Assembly (NCBI GenBank): GCA_031411295.1
Contig: JANOAV010000208.1
Span: 1 to 59,444, forward strand
DNA from: Verrucomicrobiales bacterium
Lineage (GTDB): Bacteria > Verrucomicrobiota > Verrucomicrobiia > Verrucomicrobiales > V1-33
Direction of reading: 5' to 3'
DNA: 59,444 bases
Numbering within the stretch: position 1 is the stretch's first letter; each line of letters starts with the position of its first letter. Positions 16,478-26,528 of this stretch are shown in pieces. Made by a program: the position numbers and the translations under genes. The notes under the pieces are model-generated. The model was not told the origin of the DNA. It did not search any database and worked only from the letters and a program-made list of their open reading frames with translations.

Positions 16478-18430
16478 ATGAAGTCGATGCGCCAGCTCCA
16501 ACTTCTGTTCCTCCCGCCGCTCCTTGGTTGGGGTATCGGGTTAGGCGCAAAGTCATGGCGGAGCGGGGCCCGTGTGGTTGAGAGCGTTTCCTGTCAGGAA
16601 ATGCCTTCAGCGGCGGCCCGGGAGGCCGAGTTTTCCCTGGCCAAATTCAAATCCGCCACCGGCCTGCCGATGCATCGGATGCTGGCGCAAATTTTGCCCA
16701 AGGCCGACCGCGCGCTGATGCAGGCGCTGGCGGTAGATTTGGCCACACGTAAACCTCAGCCGCAGTCAACGGTCGTCTGGAAGGCGGTTTTTGTCCGGTG
16801 GGTTCAGTTGGATCCGCCAGCCGCAATGGAATTCGCCCGGAGTTACGAATTGGCGCACCCGGCCATGACGGCTTGGGCTAAATTGAATTTAGACGCAGCG
16901 ATTGCTGGCGTTGCGACGAAGCAAAGAGGGGAGACTCAGGCGATACTGGAAACGTTGCTGGAAAGTGATCCCGCGCGTGGTGCTAGGTTGCTAGCTGAAT
17001 TTGAGAAAATGTCTGACAATCCCTGTGAGGACAATCATAACCTCCGCGTGAACCTTTTCGTGCGCTGGGCTGCGCTAGAGCCGCAGGCAGCGTTGGCGTT
17101 TGTGTTGGGGCCGTCAGGAGAGGCGACTCAGAGCGATTTGCTCAGTGCTGTGATTCAAGGCTGGGTGGGGCGGGATCCGCAGGGCTGTATGGCTTGGATA
17201 GGACAACGTGGTCTGCTGAAGTTCGACTATACGCTACTTCATGCGCTGGAACAAGCATCGCTCACGCAGCCTCAGGCTGTGCTTACAGCATTTTCCTTCA
17301 TGCCAGCCAGCCTAGAGACGCGTGGGCTGTGTGCCCGAGTGGTTACGAAATGTGCGTTAGCTGATCTCGAGGGAACGCTAGCGATGGTGCGACAACATTT
17401 CCCAGAGGGGGCCCTGCGCGGTCCTATGCTAGCCAAAGCGGCGGCTGCTGTGGCTGGGAAAGACCCGCTGAAGGCGGCTGCCGTCATGGACGAAATGGGT
17501 TGGCGGAATTATGATAGCGAGGAAGACCTGCGGCCCTGGGTTTTTCTGCCAGAGGGTGCTGCACAGGAGCATTTCACGAGGCCGAGAGCGGGCGATGACC
17601 CTGCCTCTGTGAGCGATCACATGGCGTTGGTCTTGAAAAATCTCGTCCAACTTGACCCCGAGCGGGCAGTGGCCAGCTTCGCAAAAATCACCAGCATGGC
17701 GAATGCCGAGCAGGTGAAGCTCCTGACATCATTTGTGCCCAACTGGTTTTCCAAAGACTCCGACGCAGCGCTGCACTGGATGAACTCGCTGCCAGCCCAG
17801 CGCTTGGAGAATGCTCAACTCCACCAGGTGGTTAAGTCATTGGATGTGGGAGCGGCAGGACTCGCGGATTTGGCGGAGAAAGTTCCGGCAGGCCCATTGC
17901 GGGAGGCGTTGGCGAGGCAATTTATCGCCAGCCAAGTCGTAGATGATCCGGAGGCTACGATAGGGCGACTCCCGTTCACAGATCCCGCCACGCAGCAGGC
18001 GGCCTTGGATCAGATCGTCCGCGCCTGGGGAGAAACGCAGCCGCAAGCCGCCTTGGAGCGGCTGCTGAAGGAGCCTGGCGCGATGCCGGAAACCTGTCAG
18101 GTCGTCATCGAAAATTGGGCACAGAAGGATAGTAGGGCTGCAAGCGACTGGGTGCAGCATTTACCGCCCGGCCCTGCCAAGGATGGAGCGATCGGAGGCT
18201 TGGTGAACTCGCTCTCGCAGGCTGATGGGGGAGATGATCCAGATTTCCCTGCAGCCCTAAGTTGGGCCTTGAGCATGGCGGATGCTGGTAAAAGGATAAC
18301 CCAAGCGCAACAAGTCATAAAGCGCTGGCCGGATGAAGAGATTGAGGCCGAGACTATGCGTGAATCCATCGTGCATTCTTCTTTGGCAGAAGCGGATCAG
18401 CAGGAGCTACTCCAGAAACTTGCACCATGA
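16478..18430 (+). CDS. Hypothetical membrane-anchored helical-repeat protein with W..DP.AA repeats
   Basis: N-terminal hydrophobic anchor. Recurrent units such as WVQLDPPAA, WAALEPQAA, WVGRDPQG and WAQKDSRAASDW..LPPGPAKD. Confidence 0.7.
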   Translation: MKSMRQLQLLFLPPLLGWGIGLGAKSWRSGARVVESVSCQEMPSAAAREAEFSLAKFKSATGLPMHRMLAQILPKADRALMQALAVDLATRKPQPQSTVVWKAVFVRWVQLDPPAAMEFARSYELAHPAMTAWAKLNLDAAIAGVATKQRGETQAILETLLESDPARGARLLAEFEKMSDNPCEDNHNLRVNLFVRWAALEPQAALAFVLGPSGEATQSDLLSAVIQGWVGRDPQGCMAWIGQRGLLKFDYTLLHALEQASLTQPQAVLTAFSFMPASLETRGLCARVVTKCALADLEGTLAMVRQHFPEGALRGPMLAKAAAAVAGKDPLKAAAVMDEMGWRNYDSEEDLRPWVFLPEGAAQEHFTRPRAGDDPASVSDHMALVLKNLVQLDPERAVASFAKITSMANAEQVKLLTSFVPNWFSKDSDAALHWMNSLPAQRLENAQLHQVVKSLDVGAAGLADLAEKVPAGPLREALARQFIASQVVDDPEATIGRLPFTDPATQQAALDQIVRAWGETQPQAALERLLKEPGAMPETCQVVIENWAQKDSRAASDWVQHLPPGPAKDGAIGGLVNSLSQADGGDDPDFPAALSWALSMADAGKRITQAQQVIKRWPDEEIEAETMRESIVHSSLAEADQQELLQKLAP

Positions 18431-20031
18431 AGCTCTCGCAAATCATTGTTTCTGGCGGGCTATTCCTCGCAGGCCTTGCGGGAGGCTGGTTCACGCCTGC
18501 TCCGGGCGCTTCCGATGTTAGCTTGAGCCAAATTCCCCCGGTGGCAATACCGACTGGAAATGGTGCGTTAGAACCGTCCGGGTTGGCGGGGGATTTGAGC
18601 CATCTGCCATTCCGGGAGGCTTGGGAACTGGCGGATGAGTCAGGCAAGATGGAAATCTTAAGACGTTGGGGGGTGGCTGATCCAGAGGATGCCGTGCGCT
18701 ATTTCGCGCTTGAATTGGTGAATGGGGTTCCGAGGGATCCAGAGCGGGTGCGACGTTTTGGGTATCGTTGGGCGGAGAGCGATCCTGCGAGATTCATGAC
18801 GGTGTTAAATTCAATGTCAGGGCCCATTCCAGACTGCCTTGACCAGTGCTTAGAGACGGCTTGTGGAGCCAGCGGGAATCAGGAATCCTTGCTGGAATTT
18901 TGGAAATCCGCACGGCCAGAGTTGAACCGAAAGATGCGTCGAGGAATCTTCGATAAATTGTTCGATAGCGATCCCCGAATTGCATTGAACTAATTAAAGA
19001 GCATCCCGATAGGGGAGAGGGCATCAGTCTGGCCTGCAGTTGGGTCGGCTGATCCGGAAAAACTCCTATCAGCTTTGGCGAAGCCGGGTGCGCTGGTCGC
19101 TCCTCCGTCGGTGGTGGCGCTCGTCTTGAGCAATTGGAACTCCCGGGATTTCCCTGCCGTGCAAAATTATGTGGCATCCATGCCACCAGGGCCTGCCCGC
19201 AGGCAAGCCTGCGAGGCCGTCGTTAAGAAAATGTTCAACGATTTCGATGGTAAAAATCACAAAGTTGAGGTGGCTTTAGCGTGGGTCGAGGCCAACGCGG
19301 CCACCAAGCAGAACCGCCGACTCATTGCGAGCCATTATGTTTATTACGATCCGACGAAAACGTTCGAAATCGCAGGACCGCATTTCCTGGCAGGAAAGGG
19401 ATACACACGCGAAGGGAGCGAACTTCGGATGGCTATGCGAGATTATGCGTTCGATCATTGGGATGTGGCGGTTGAACTTACGCTGAAGTCGCCTTCCCAT
19501 GCCATCCGGTCAGTCGGTGTGGCAGGATTAGTCTCGGCACTGCCGTGGGGGGAGGGGAAGAGTTTGAAAAGTCTGGAGACGCTCAGCACAATCATAAATC
19601 AAGCTAGGCTGGAGAGTAAGCCACTGCCGGATGACGAGAGTTGGGCCATGAATATTACCGAAGATGAAGTGCCAAATGTTATGAACTGGTTGGGCCAGCA
19701 AACAGACCAGGTGCAGGCCGCGTTGCTTCGAGCAGTGCTCAACCTTGCTTCAGGCCGCACGGAAGTTCCCATCCACCAACTGCTCCTGCAATTCCCGCCG
19801 AGTGCCGCTCGGGCTGAACTTTTGATAACCGAGGTTAGGGCTTTAGCAGGCGCTTCCCCGCGAGATGCGGCAGATTTCTCACTGACTCTGCCACCGGGCA
19901 CCGAGCGAGATTTCTCTGTTCTGAACACAGTCATCGCGTGGAGCCGAACGGATCCTGCTGCCGCCAAAGCCTGGATGAACGCCCTGCCGGACTCTCCCTC
20001 CAAAGCGCGGGCTCTGCAGGAGCTTCGATGA
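18427..20031 (+). pseudogene. Second W..DP.AA repeat protein split by one in-frame TAA (18991-18993)
   Basis: ORFs 18427..18993 and 19075..20031 share a frame. The gap reads open after the stop (LKSIPIGERASVWPAVGSADPEKLLSA). Both halves carry the same repeats. Confidence 0.75.
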
Positions 20032-20060
20032 AATTTCGGGAAATAATCTCGAAAAACAAC

Positions 20061-20088
20061 TTGCATCGATTCTTAGCCCCGCTAGAAT
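20061..20088 (+). promoter_or_regulatory. Candidate sigma70 promoter of the spc operon (TTGCAT-N16-TAGAAT)
   Basis: A-rich upstream segment, near-consensus hexamers, followed by the GC-rich CCGCGC. Confidence 0.6.
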
Positions 20089-20279
20089 CCGCGCTCCCAA
20101 CCTCGGCCCGGACTGTTTACTGGACTGAGAACAATACTTTCTGCAAGAAATGCACAACCGTCAATTATTACGAACGCCTCAACCCGCTTCCGGCCCGCCC
20201 GGAAGTTGGTGAAGCCGATGTCGTAAGACGGTTTCGCAAGTCTTCCTTTTTTAAACCCCTGGAACGATACTACGAGACT

Positions 20280-20645
20280 ATGATACAGATGGAATCCAAA
20301 GTGGCGGTGGCCGATAATACCGGTGCCCGCGTCGCGAAAATGATTGGTGTGCTAGGTAAGCGCACTCGCCAAGCTCACATCGGTGATATTATCACCGCCC
20401 ACATCCGCGAGGCCACGCCGACCGCCAACGTCAAGAAGGGCGAAGTCGTCCGTGCCGTGGTCGTGCGCACCTCCGCTCCCATCCGTCGTGATGATGGATC
20501 GATCCTCCGCTTCGACACCAACGCTATCGTGGTGATCGACAAGGACAACAATCCTAAAGGAACCCGTATCTTCGGCCCCGTGGCCCGCGAACTCCGCGAT
20601 AAGAACTTCATGAAAATCGTCTCGCTGGCGCCCGAAGTTCTCTAA
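20280..20645 (+). CDS. rplN: 50S ribosomal protein L14
   Basis: [34 protein letters not shown]. Confidence 0.98.
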   Translation: MIQMESKVAVADNTGARVAKMIGVLGKRTRQAHIGDIITAHIREATPTANVKKGEVVRAVVVRTSAPIRRDDGSILRFDTNAIVVIDKDNNPKGTRIFGPVARELRDKNFMKIVSLAPEVL

Positions 20646-20682
20646 TTCATTATTTAACTCATCCGACTCCTGATTATATCCC

Positions 20683-21012
20683 ATGAGCAAAGCTAAATTT
20701 CACGTCGCCAAAGGTGACATCGTTCTCGTCACCACGGGCGCAGCCAAGGGCCAGCAAGGTGCAGTCCTGAAGATCATCGCAGAGAAATCCCAAGCGATCA
20801 TCGAAGGCGTTCGCCTCATTACCAAGGCCACCAAGCCCAATCAACAAGCCAACCAACCGGGCGGCTTGCTCAAAAAGGAAGGACCTGTCCATGTGTCCAA
20901 CCTGAAACTCGTCACCGCCAAAGCCACCGGCAAAAAGCCTGCTGCCAAAAAGGCCAAGGCCGAAAAAGCTCCCGCCAAAGCGAAGAGCACCACCAAGTCC
21001 AAATCTAAGTAA
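20683..21012 (+). CDS. rplX: 50S ribosomal protein L24 with Lys/Ala-rich tail
   Basis: KGDIVLVTTG..KG, KEGPVHVSNL; position after rplN. Confidence 0.95.
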   Translation: MSKAKFHVAKGDIVLVTTGAAKGQQGAVLKIIAEKSQAIIEGVRLITKATKPNQQANQPGGLLKKEGPVHVSNLKLVTAKATGKKPAAKKAKAEKAPAKAKSTTKSKSK

Positions 21013-21035
21013 CCCCCTAACCGCGGAAGCAAGCC

Positions 21036-21632
21036 ATGAGCAAGACCGAACCAAGCCTCCAATCTTTTTACAAAGAGCAGGTCGTCCCCCATCTTAAAAC
21101 GAAGCTGGGCGTCACCAACATCCACCTCATCCCCAAGATTGAAAAAGTCGTGGTGAACTGTAGTGTGGGTTCCCAGCCTGACCGTAAACAAGCCGTCGAA
21201 GATGCCGTCAACGACGTTACCACCATCACCGGCCAAAAGCCAGTGGTCACCAAGTCCAAGAAGAGCGTGTCCAACTTCAAGCTCCGTGAGAACGAAGCCG
21301 TTGGCGTCAAAGTGACCCTCCGCGGTCGCATCATGTATGAATTTCTGGAGCGTCTCATCAAGATCGCCATTCCGGTCATTCGTGACTTCCGCGGAGTTAG
21401 TCCTCGGGCCTTCGATGGTAAAGGTAACTACACCCTTGGCATCACGGATCAGTCCATCTTCCCTGAGATCAAGATTGATGAAATCAAGCGCTCCCTCGGT
21501 TTCGATATTTGCATCGTCACTTCCGCCAATACCGACGACCATGGTCGGGAATTGCTCCGCGCGCTGGGCATGCCCTTCCGTGGTGCGAAACCCGAAGTCG
21601 TAAAATCAGAAGGTGATACCGCCGCTGCCTAA
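21036..21632 (+). CDS. rplE: 50S ribosomal protein L5
   Basis: PKIEKVVVN, ITGQKPVVTKSKKSVSNFKLRE, RDFRG..FDGKGNY. Confidence 0.98.
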   Translation: MSKTEPSLQSFYKEQVVPHLKTKLGVTNIHLIPKIEKVVVNCSVGSQPDRKQAVEDAVNDVTTITGQKPVVTKSKKSVSNFKLRENEAVGVKVTLRGRIMYEFLERLIKIAIPVIRDFRGVSPRAFDGKGNYTLGITDQSIFPEIKIDEIKRSLGFDICIVTSANTDDHGRELLRALGMPFRGAKPEVVKSEGDTAAA

Positions 21633-21678
21633 TCCATCCATTCCAAGCACGATAACACCGTCACAACTCTAAAATAAT

Positions 21679-22077
21679 ATGGCCGTTCTTACAGACCCTA
21701 TTTCCGACTTCCTGACCCGCTGGAAAAATGCCAGCCGCGCCCAGAAGGTCGAATTCTCCGCCCCTTACAGCAAAATCAAAGCCGAGATCGCACGCATTCT
21801 TCAAGAAGAAGGCTACATCTGGGGCTACGAAGTGGACACCACGGGAGCCCATCCGGTGCTCAAGGTGAAAGCCAAATACCAAGGCACCACCCCCATCCTC
21901 AACAACCTGCGTCGTATGTCCAGTCCTGGAATGCGCCAATATGTCGGAGCTGGTGAGATCCCCAAAGTGCTTAACGGCATGGGCATCTCCATCCTTTCCA
22001 CGCCCAAAGGCATCATGACTGGCCAGCAAGCCAGGAAACAGAACGTCGGCGGAGAACTCCTCGCCATCGTCTGGTAA
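21679..22077 (+). CDS. rpsH: 30S ribosomal protein S8
   Basis: TDPISDFLTR, ILQEEGYI, SSPGMRQY, STPKGIMT..VGGELL. Confidence 0.98.
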   Translation: MAVLTDPISDFLTRWKNASRAQKVEFSAPYSKIKAEIARILQEEGYIWGYEVDTTGAHPVLKVKAKYQGTTPILNNLRRMSSPGMRQYVGAGEIPKVLNGMGISILSTPKGIMTGQQARKQNVGGELLAIVW

Positions 22078-22110
22078 CCCTATCTGTAACCCCCAACGCA
22101 TAAATTTACC

Positions 22111-22647
22111 ATGTCCCGCGTAGGAAATAAATCCATTCCCGTCCCCGCCAAAGTGACCGTCAAGGCCACCGGGTCCCTCGTCCAAGTAGAAGGGCCCAAG
22201 GGCAAACTCAGCTTCACTCTGCCTGAAGGTATCTCCTTCAGCCAGGAAGGCACCAACGTCACCATCGCTCGCAAGAACGACGAACGCCGCAGCAAAGCGC
22301 TTCACGGCACCAGTCAGCGTTTGGTTAGTAACATGATCAAAGGCGTCAGTGACGGCTTCGTGAAGAACCTCGAAATCCAAGGCGTCGGCTTCCGGGCTTC
22401 CGTTAAGGGAGACAAGCTCGACCTCAGTCTCGGTTACAGCCACCCGCTGTTGCACCCAATCCCAGAAGATCTCAAAGTCACCGTTACCGACAACACCAAG
22501 ATTTCCGTTGAAGGCATCGACAAACAACGCGTTGGCCAGTTGGCGGCGGATATCCGGAGCTACTACCCACCCGAGCCTTACAAAGGCAAAGGCGTCCGCT
22601 ATGCTGGCGAAGTCGTCCGCCGCAAGGAAGGCAAGAAATCCAAGTAA
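22111..22647 (+). CDS. rplF: 50S ribosomal protein L6
   Basis: MSRVGNKSI, GPKGKL, LGYSHP, PEPYKGKGVRY. Confidence 0.98.
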   Translation: MSRVGNKSIPVPAKVTVKATGSLVQVEGPKGKLSFTLPEGISFSQEGTNVTIARKNDERRSKALHGTSQRLVSNMIKGVSDGFVKNLEIQGVGFRASVKGDKLDLSLGYSHPLLHPIPEDLKVTVTDNTKISVEGIDKQRVGQLAADIRSYYPPEPYKGKGVRYAGEVVRRKEGKKSK

Positions 22648-22682
22648 CCTTCTCAACTGTCACTTTTTACCTGTTTTAAACT

Positions 22683-23033
22683 ATGAAAATTATTCGCAAA
22701 GCAAAACGCGTCCGCATCCATACGCGGATCCGCCGCAAGCTCAGTGGCACGTCCGAGCGTCCTCGCTTGGCTGTTTTCTTCTCGCATCGTAACGTGACCG
22801 CCCAGGTCATCGACGACGTGGCTGGCAAGACCCTCGTGGCTGCCTCCACCATGAAGAAAGGCGTCAACAACGTGGCCAACATCGCTTCCGCCACCAGCAT
22901 CGGCAAAGCCATCGCTGAAAAAGCCAAGGCCGCCAATATCACCGCCGTCGTCTTCGACCGTGGTGGCCATCAATACCATGGCAAAGTCAAAGCACTCGCC
23001 GATGCCGCTCGGGAAGCCGGCCTACAATTCTAA
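22683..23033 (+). CDS. rplR: 50S ribosomal protein L18
   Basis: [41 protein letters not shown]. Confidence 0.98.
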   Translation: MKIIRKAKRVRIHTRIRRKLSGTSERPRLAVFFSHRNVTAQVIDDVAGKTLVAASTMKKGVNNVANIASATSIGKAIAEKAKAANITAVVFDRGGHQYHGKVKALADAAREAGLQF

Positions 23034-23047
23034 TCCACCAACTACTT

Positions 23048-23578
23048 ATGGCATACGAAAAAGGTAACAGAAATTCAGGCGATTCCCGCGACGGCGGCAG
23101 TGACTACACTGAGAAAGTCGTCTCCATCAATCGCTGCGCGAAAGTGGTGAAGGGTGGTCGTCGTTTCAGCTTCTCTGCTCTCGTCATCACTGGCGACAAG
23201 CAAGGCAGCTTCGGCATTGGTTTTGGTAAAGCGAACGAAGTATCCGATGCCATCAAGAAGGCCAGCGAGGCCTCCCGTCGTCGCTTCGTCAAAGTCAATC
23301 TGCGAGATGCCACCATCCCGCACGAAATCATCGGCAGCTTCGGTGGCGGCCGCGTGCTGCTCAAGCCAGCTGGTCCGGGAACGGGCATCATTGCTGGCGG
23401 CGGCGTGCGCCCCGTTTGTGAAGCCGTTGGCATCAAAGATGTCATCGCCAAAAACCTTGGCTCCAAGAATCCTACCAATGTGGTCAAGGCCACCATCGAA
23501 GCTCTCATGGCGCTCCGCACCAAAGAGCAACTACTCACCGCTCGCGGCAAGAAACTGCCCGAAAAGAAGGCCCTCTAA
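23048..23578 (+). CDS. rpsE: 30S ribosomal protein S5
   Basis: INRCAKVVKGGRRFSFSAL, GKANEV, GTGIIAGG. Confidence 0.98.
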   Translation: MAYEKGNRNSGDSRDGGSDYTEKVVSINRCAKVVKGGRRFSFSALVITGDKQGSFGIGFGKANEVSDAIKKASEASRRRFVKVNLRDATIPHEIIGSFGGGRVLLKPAGPGTGIIAGGGVRPVCEAVGIKDVIAKNLGSKNPTNVVKATIEALMALRTKEQLLTARGKKLPEKKAL

Positions 23579-23613
23579 TCTTCCTCTTCTAAATCTTTAA
23601 CGACACAATTCTT

Positions 23614-24087
23614 ATGCGTCTTCATAATCTAGCACCACGTCCGGGTGCCAAACATCGGACCAAGCGACTCGGCTGCGGTGAAAGCTCCGGTCACGGTAAA
23701 ACCAGCGGTAAGGGCCATAAAGGTCAAAACTCCCGTTCTGGCGGCAGTATCCGCATCGGCTTCGAAGGTGGACAGATGCCAATGCATCGTCGTCTCCCGA
23801 AGAAGGGATTCAATAACTCCGCGTTCGCCTTCAAGTGGGCCGTGGTTAACCTTACCGATTTGGAATTGCGCTTCGACGATGGTGCCACGGTGGACGAAAC
23901 CTCCCTCCGGGCCCTCAAACTCGTCAAGGGCGGTGCTTGGGATGGCGTCAAAATCCTTAGCATGGGTGAAGTCACCAAGAAACTCAACGTGGTGGTGGAT
24001 CGCATCAGTGCCGTAGCCAAGGAAAAGATCGAAAAAGCGGGCGGAACCGTTACGCTAAACGCTCTGAAAACTTCGGCTCAAGCTTGA
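23614..24087 (+). CDS. rplO: 50S ribosomal protein L15
   Basis: GKTSGKGHKGQNSRSGG, GFEGGQMP..RRLPKKGF. Confidence 0.98.
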   Translation: MRLHNLAPRPGAKHRTKRLGCGESSGHGKTSGKGHKGQNSRSGGSIRIGFEGGQMPMHRRLPKKGFNNSAFAFKWAVVNLTDLELRFDDGATVDETSLRALKLVKGGAWDGVKILSMGEVTKKLNVVVDRISAVAKEKIEKAGGTVTLNALKTSAQA

Positions 24088-24115
24088 TGAATCCGCAGGC
24101 CAACAACTAAATTCA

Positions 24116-24148
24116 CGGCAGGGCAGACAATACTTGTCTGCCTTGCCG
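24116..24148 (+). terminator. 15-bp hairpin between rplO and secY (terminator-like or mRNA-stabilising)
   Basis: CGGCAGGGCAGACAA-TAC-TTGTCTGCCTTGCCG with one G:U pair, followed by only CTTT. Confidence 0.55.
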
Positions 24149-24206
24149 CTTTAGTGTTAAGTCCGCCCCTGTCCTTATTTAACATTTCCTAACAGCTTCC
24201 TCTCAA

Positions 24207-25721
24207 ATGCTTTCCGCTTTTGCTAACATGTTCAAAATCCCTGAGCTTCGCTCCAGGGTTCTCTTCACTTTGGCCATGATCGCCATCATCCGGATCGGGG
24301 CGGCCATTACCCTGCCCGGCGTGAATCCATGGGCTGTTCAAGAATGGCTGAAGGAAAGTGGTCGCACCTCAGGTGATGCGCTCACCACCATGCTGACCGT
24401 CTTCAGTGGCGGCGGTATCAAAAACTGCGCCATCCTCGCATTGGGCATCATGCCTTACATCAGTGCCAGTATTATGGTTCAGTTGTTAACGGCCGTGGTG
24501 CCTCGACTCAGCAAATTGGCCCGGGAAACGGGCGGCCGTCAGAAAATCAGCCAATACACGCGCTACTTGACCATCATTCTCTGCCTGATTCAAGGCTACA
24601 TCATTGCGAAAGGCCTGGTCAACCCCAAGGGGAATTATCTCCTCCCGGGGATGGATGAATTTCTGACCCGAAACGGAGTCAAACTTGTCCCTGAAGCAGG
24701 CTTTGGATTTTACGCGCTGGCCATCATTTCGATGACTGCTGGCACGATGTTCACGATGTGGTTGGGTGAACAGATCACCGAACGCGGGATCGGTAATGGC
24801 ACTTCCCTCATCATTTCCGTCAACATTCTGAGCGACCTCCCCGGCGCGCTGATCACCGTTTGGAAAACCTATATCTCCCAAGCGGTCGCCAACCCCGTCA
24901 ACGCCATTATCGTGGTAATTTTCCTGATCGCCTTCATTTTCACGATCATGGCTATCATTGCCCTGACCCAGGCTACCCGTAAGATTCCCGTGCAGTATGC
25001 CAAGCGTATGGTGGGCCGGAAAATGTTCGGCGGTCAGTCCACGCACTTGCCCGTGCGACTGAATTACTCGGGTGTCATGCCGATCATTTTCGCGAGCGCC
25101 ATTATTTCGTTCCCCCCGATGATCATCAATTCCATCTGGGGAGAGAAGCCATGGGCGTCTTCCTTCTACCGCATCATGAATGACAATGGTCCTTTGCACT
25201 GGGCCATCTACGTCGTCCTCATTTTCTTCTTCGCCTACTTCTGGGTTGCCACCATGTTTCAGCCAACGCAAATGGCGGAGGATTTGAAGGGCAACGGCGG
25301 CTACATCCCGGGGGTTCGTCCCGGCAAGCCCACCGCTGATTTCTTGGATCACACCATGACCCGGCTAACTTTTGCGGGCGCATTTTTCCTTGCTCTCGTA
25401 GCCATCGCCCCACAAGTCTTGAGTTGGGCCAAGAGTATCCCCAGCATCGTGAGCCAATTCTTTGGTGGAACGAGCATTCTGATTTTGGTCGGCGTGTTGC
25501 TTGACCTCATGCGCCAAGTGGAAACGCACCTTTTGCAGCGTCATTATGACGGATTCCTGCGCAAGGGTAAGATGAAGGGACGTTATGACACCACGGGTCA
25601 ACCGGTGAACACAGGTGCTGGGGTCAAGATGGTTGCCATCTGGATATTGTTTGCGGTTCTTGTGATGGCTGCGGCATTCTATTATTTCTCAGGCGGCAAC
25701 GCTCCGACTCCTCCCAAATAG
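24207..25721 (+). CDS. secY: Preprotein translocase subunit SecY with C-terminal hydrophobic extension
   Basis: ALGIMPYISASI, WLGEQITERGIGNG, GVMPIIFAS, YIPGVRPG, FGGTSILI. Confidence 0.98.
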   Translation: MLSAFANMFKIPELRSRVLFTLAMIAIIRIGAAITLPGVNPWAVQEWLKESGRTSGDALTTMLTVFSGGGIKNCAILALGIMPYISASIMVQLLTAVVPRLSKLARETGGRQKISQYTRYLTIILCLIQGYIIAKGLVNPKGNYLLPGMDEFLTRNGVKLVPEAGFGFYALAIISMTAGTMFTMWLGEQITERGIGNGTSLIISVNILSDLPGALITVWKTYISQAVANPVNAIIVVIFLIAFIFTIMAIIALTQATRKIPVQYAKRMVGRKMFGGQSTHLPVRLNYSGVMPIIFASAIISFPPMIINSIWGEKPWASSFYRIMNDNGPLHWAIYVVLIFFFAYFWVATMFQPTQMAEDLKGNGGYIPGVRPGKPTADFLDHTMTRLTFAGAFFLALVAIAPQVLSWAKSIPSIVSQFFGGTSILILVGVLLDLMRQVETHLLQRHYDGFLRKGKMKGRYDTTGQPVNTGAGVKMVAIWILFAVLVMAAAFYYFSGGNAPTPPK

Positions 25722-25733
25722 ATTGTTTGCTGA

Positions 25734-26528
25734 GTGAAAAACAGTCATAAAGGAATCCCTCTCCGTAAAGGCAAGGAAATTGATGGTCTGCGACTCAGTG
25801 GCCGGGTAGCTGCCGAAGTTTTGTCCAAGTCAGCTGCTTTAATCAAACCTGGCGTCAGCACGCTGGAAGTTGATAAGGCCGCAGCGCAGTTCATGGCTGA
25901 CCTTGGTTCTCGCAGTGCCTTCTTGGGCTACCGTGGATTTCCGGGACACATTTGCATCAGCATCAATTCGGAGGTCGTCCACGGTATCGGCCGCGCCAAT
26001 CGCTTCATCGCCAATGGCGACGTTGTAAAAATCGACGTCGGTATCATCAAAGACGGATGGGTGGGGGATAACGCCACCACCGTTCCTGTTGGAGCGGTGC
26101 GGCCGGAAGTGTATCAACTCCTCCGCGTCACTGAGGAGTCGCTGCTCAATGCGATTACCTACGCGAGACCTGGCTCGATGCTGCGCGATCTCTGCGCGAG
26201 TATCGAAACATTGGTCACGCGGTTCGGATATTCCGTGGTGCGAAATTTCGTGGGCCACGGCGTGGGGCGTAAGCTGCATGAAAAGCCCGAAGTGCCAAAC
26301 TACTATCACAAGGATGTGAAGACGCGCCTCCAGCCTGGCATGGTCCTGGCAATCGAGCCCATGATCAACCTCGGAGTGCCTGACGTTAATATCCTGAGCA
26401 CCGATAACTGGACGGCCGTAACTGCCGACGGGAAAGCCTCAGCGCACTTCGAACACATGATCATCGTGACCGAAGACGAGCCTGAAATCCTAACTGCTCG
26501 GTCGCGGTTGACTCCTCCCATCGGTTAG
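25734..26528 (+). CDS. map: Methionine aminopeptidase type I
   Basis: CISINSEVVHGI, DVG..DG..GD, GHGVG..LHE.P, AIEPMIN, SAHFEH; GTG start. Confidence 0.96.
   Translation: MKNSHKGIPLRKGKEIDGLRLSGRVAAEVLSKSAALIKPGVSTLEVDKAAAQFMADLGSRSAFLGYRGFPGHICISINSEVVHGIGRANRFIANGDVVKIDVGIIKDGWVGDNATTVPVGAVRPEVYQLLRVTEESLLNAITYARPGSMLRDLCASIETLVTRFGYSVVRNFVGHGVGRKLHEKPEVPNYYHKDVKTRLQPGMVLAIEPMINLGVPDVNILSTDNWTAVTADGKASAHFEHMIIVTEDEPEILTARSRLTPPIG

Noticed and set aside
19938..20279. N-terminal extensions in the ORF track (rplN from 19938, PAP2 from 6748, dikinase from 7823, giant TPR from 32825)
   Set aside because: Recognisable family sequence or signal peptides begin at downstream ATGs, and the extensions overlap neighbouring genes or repeats.
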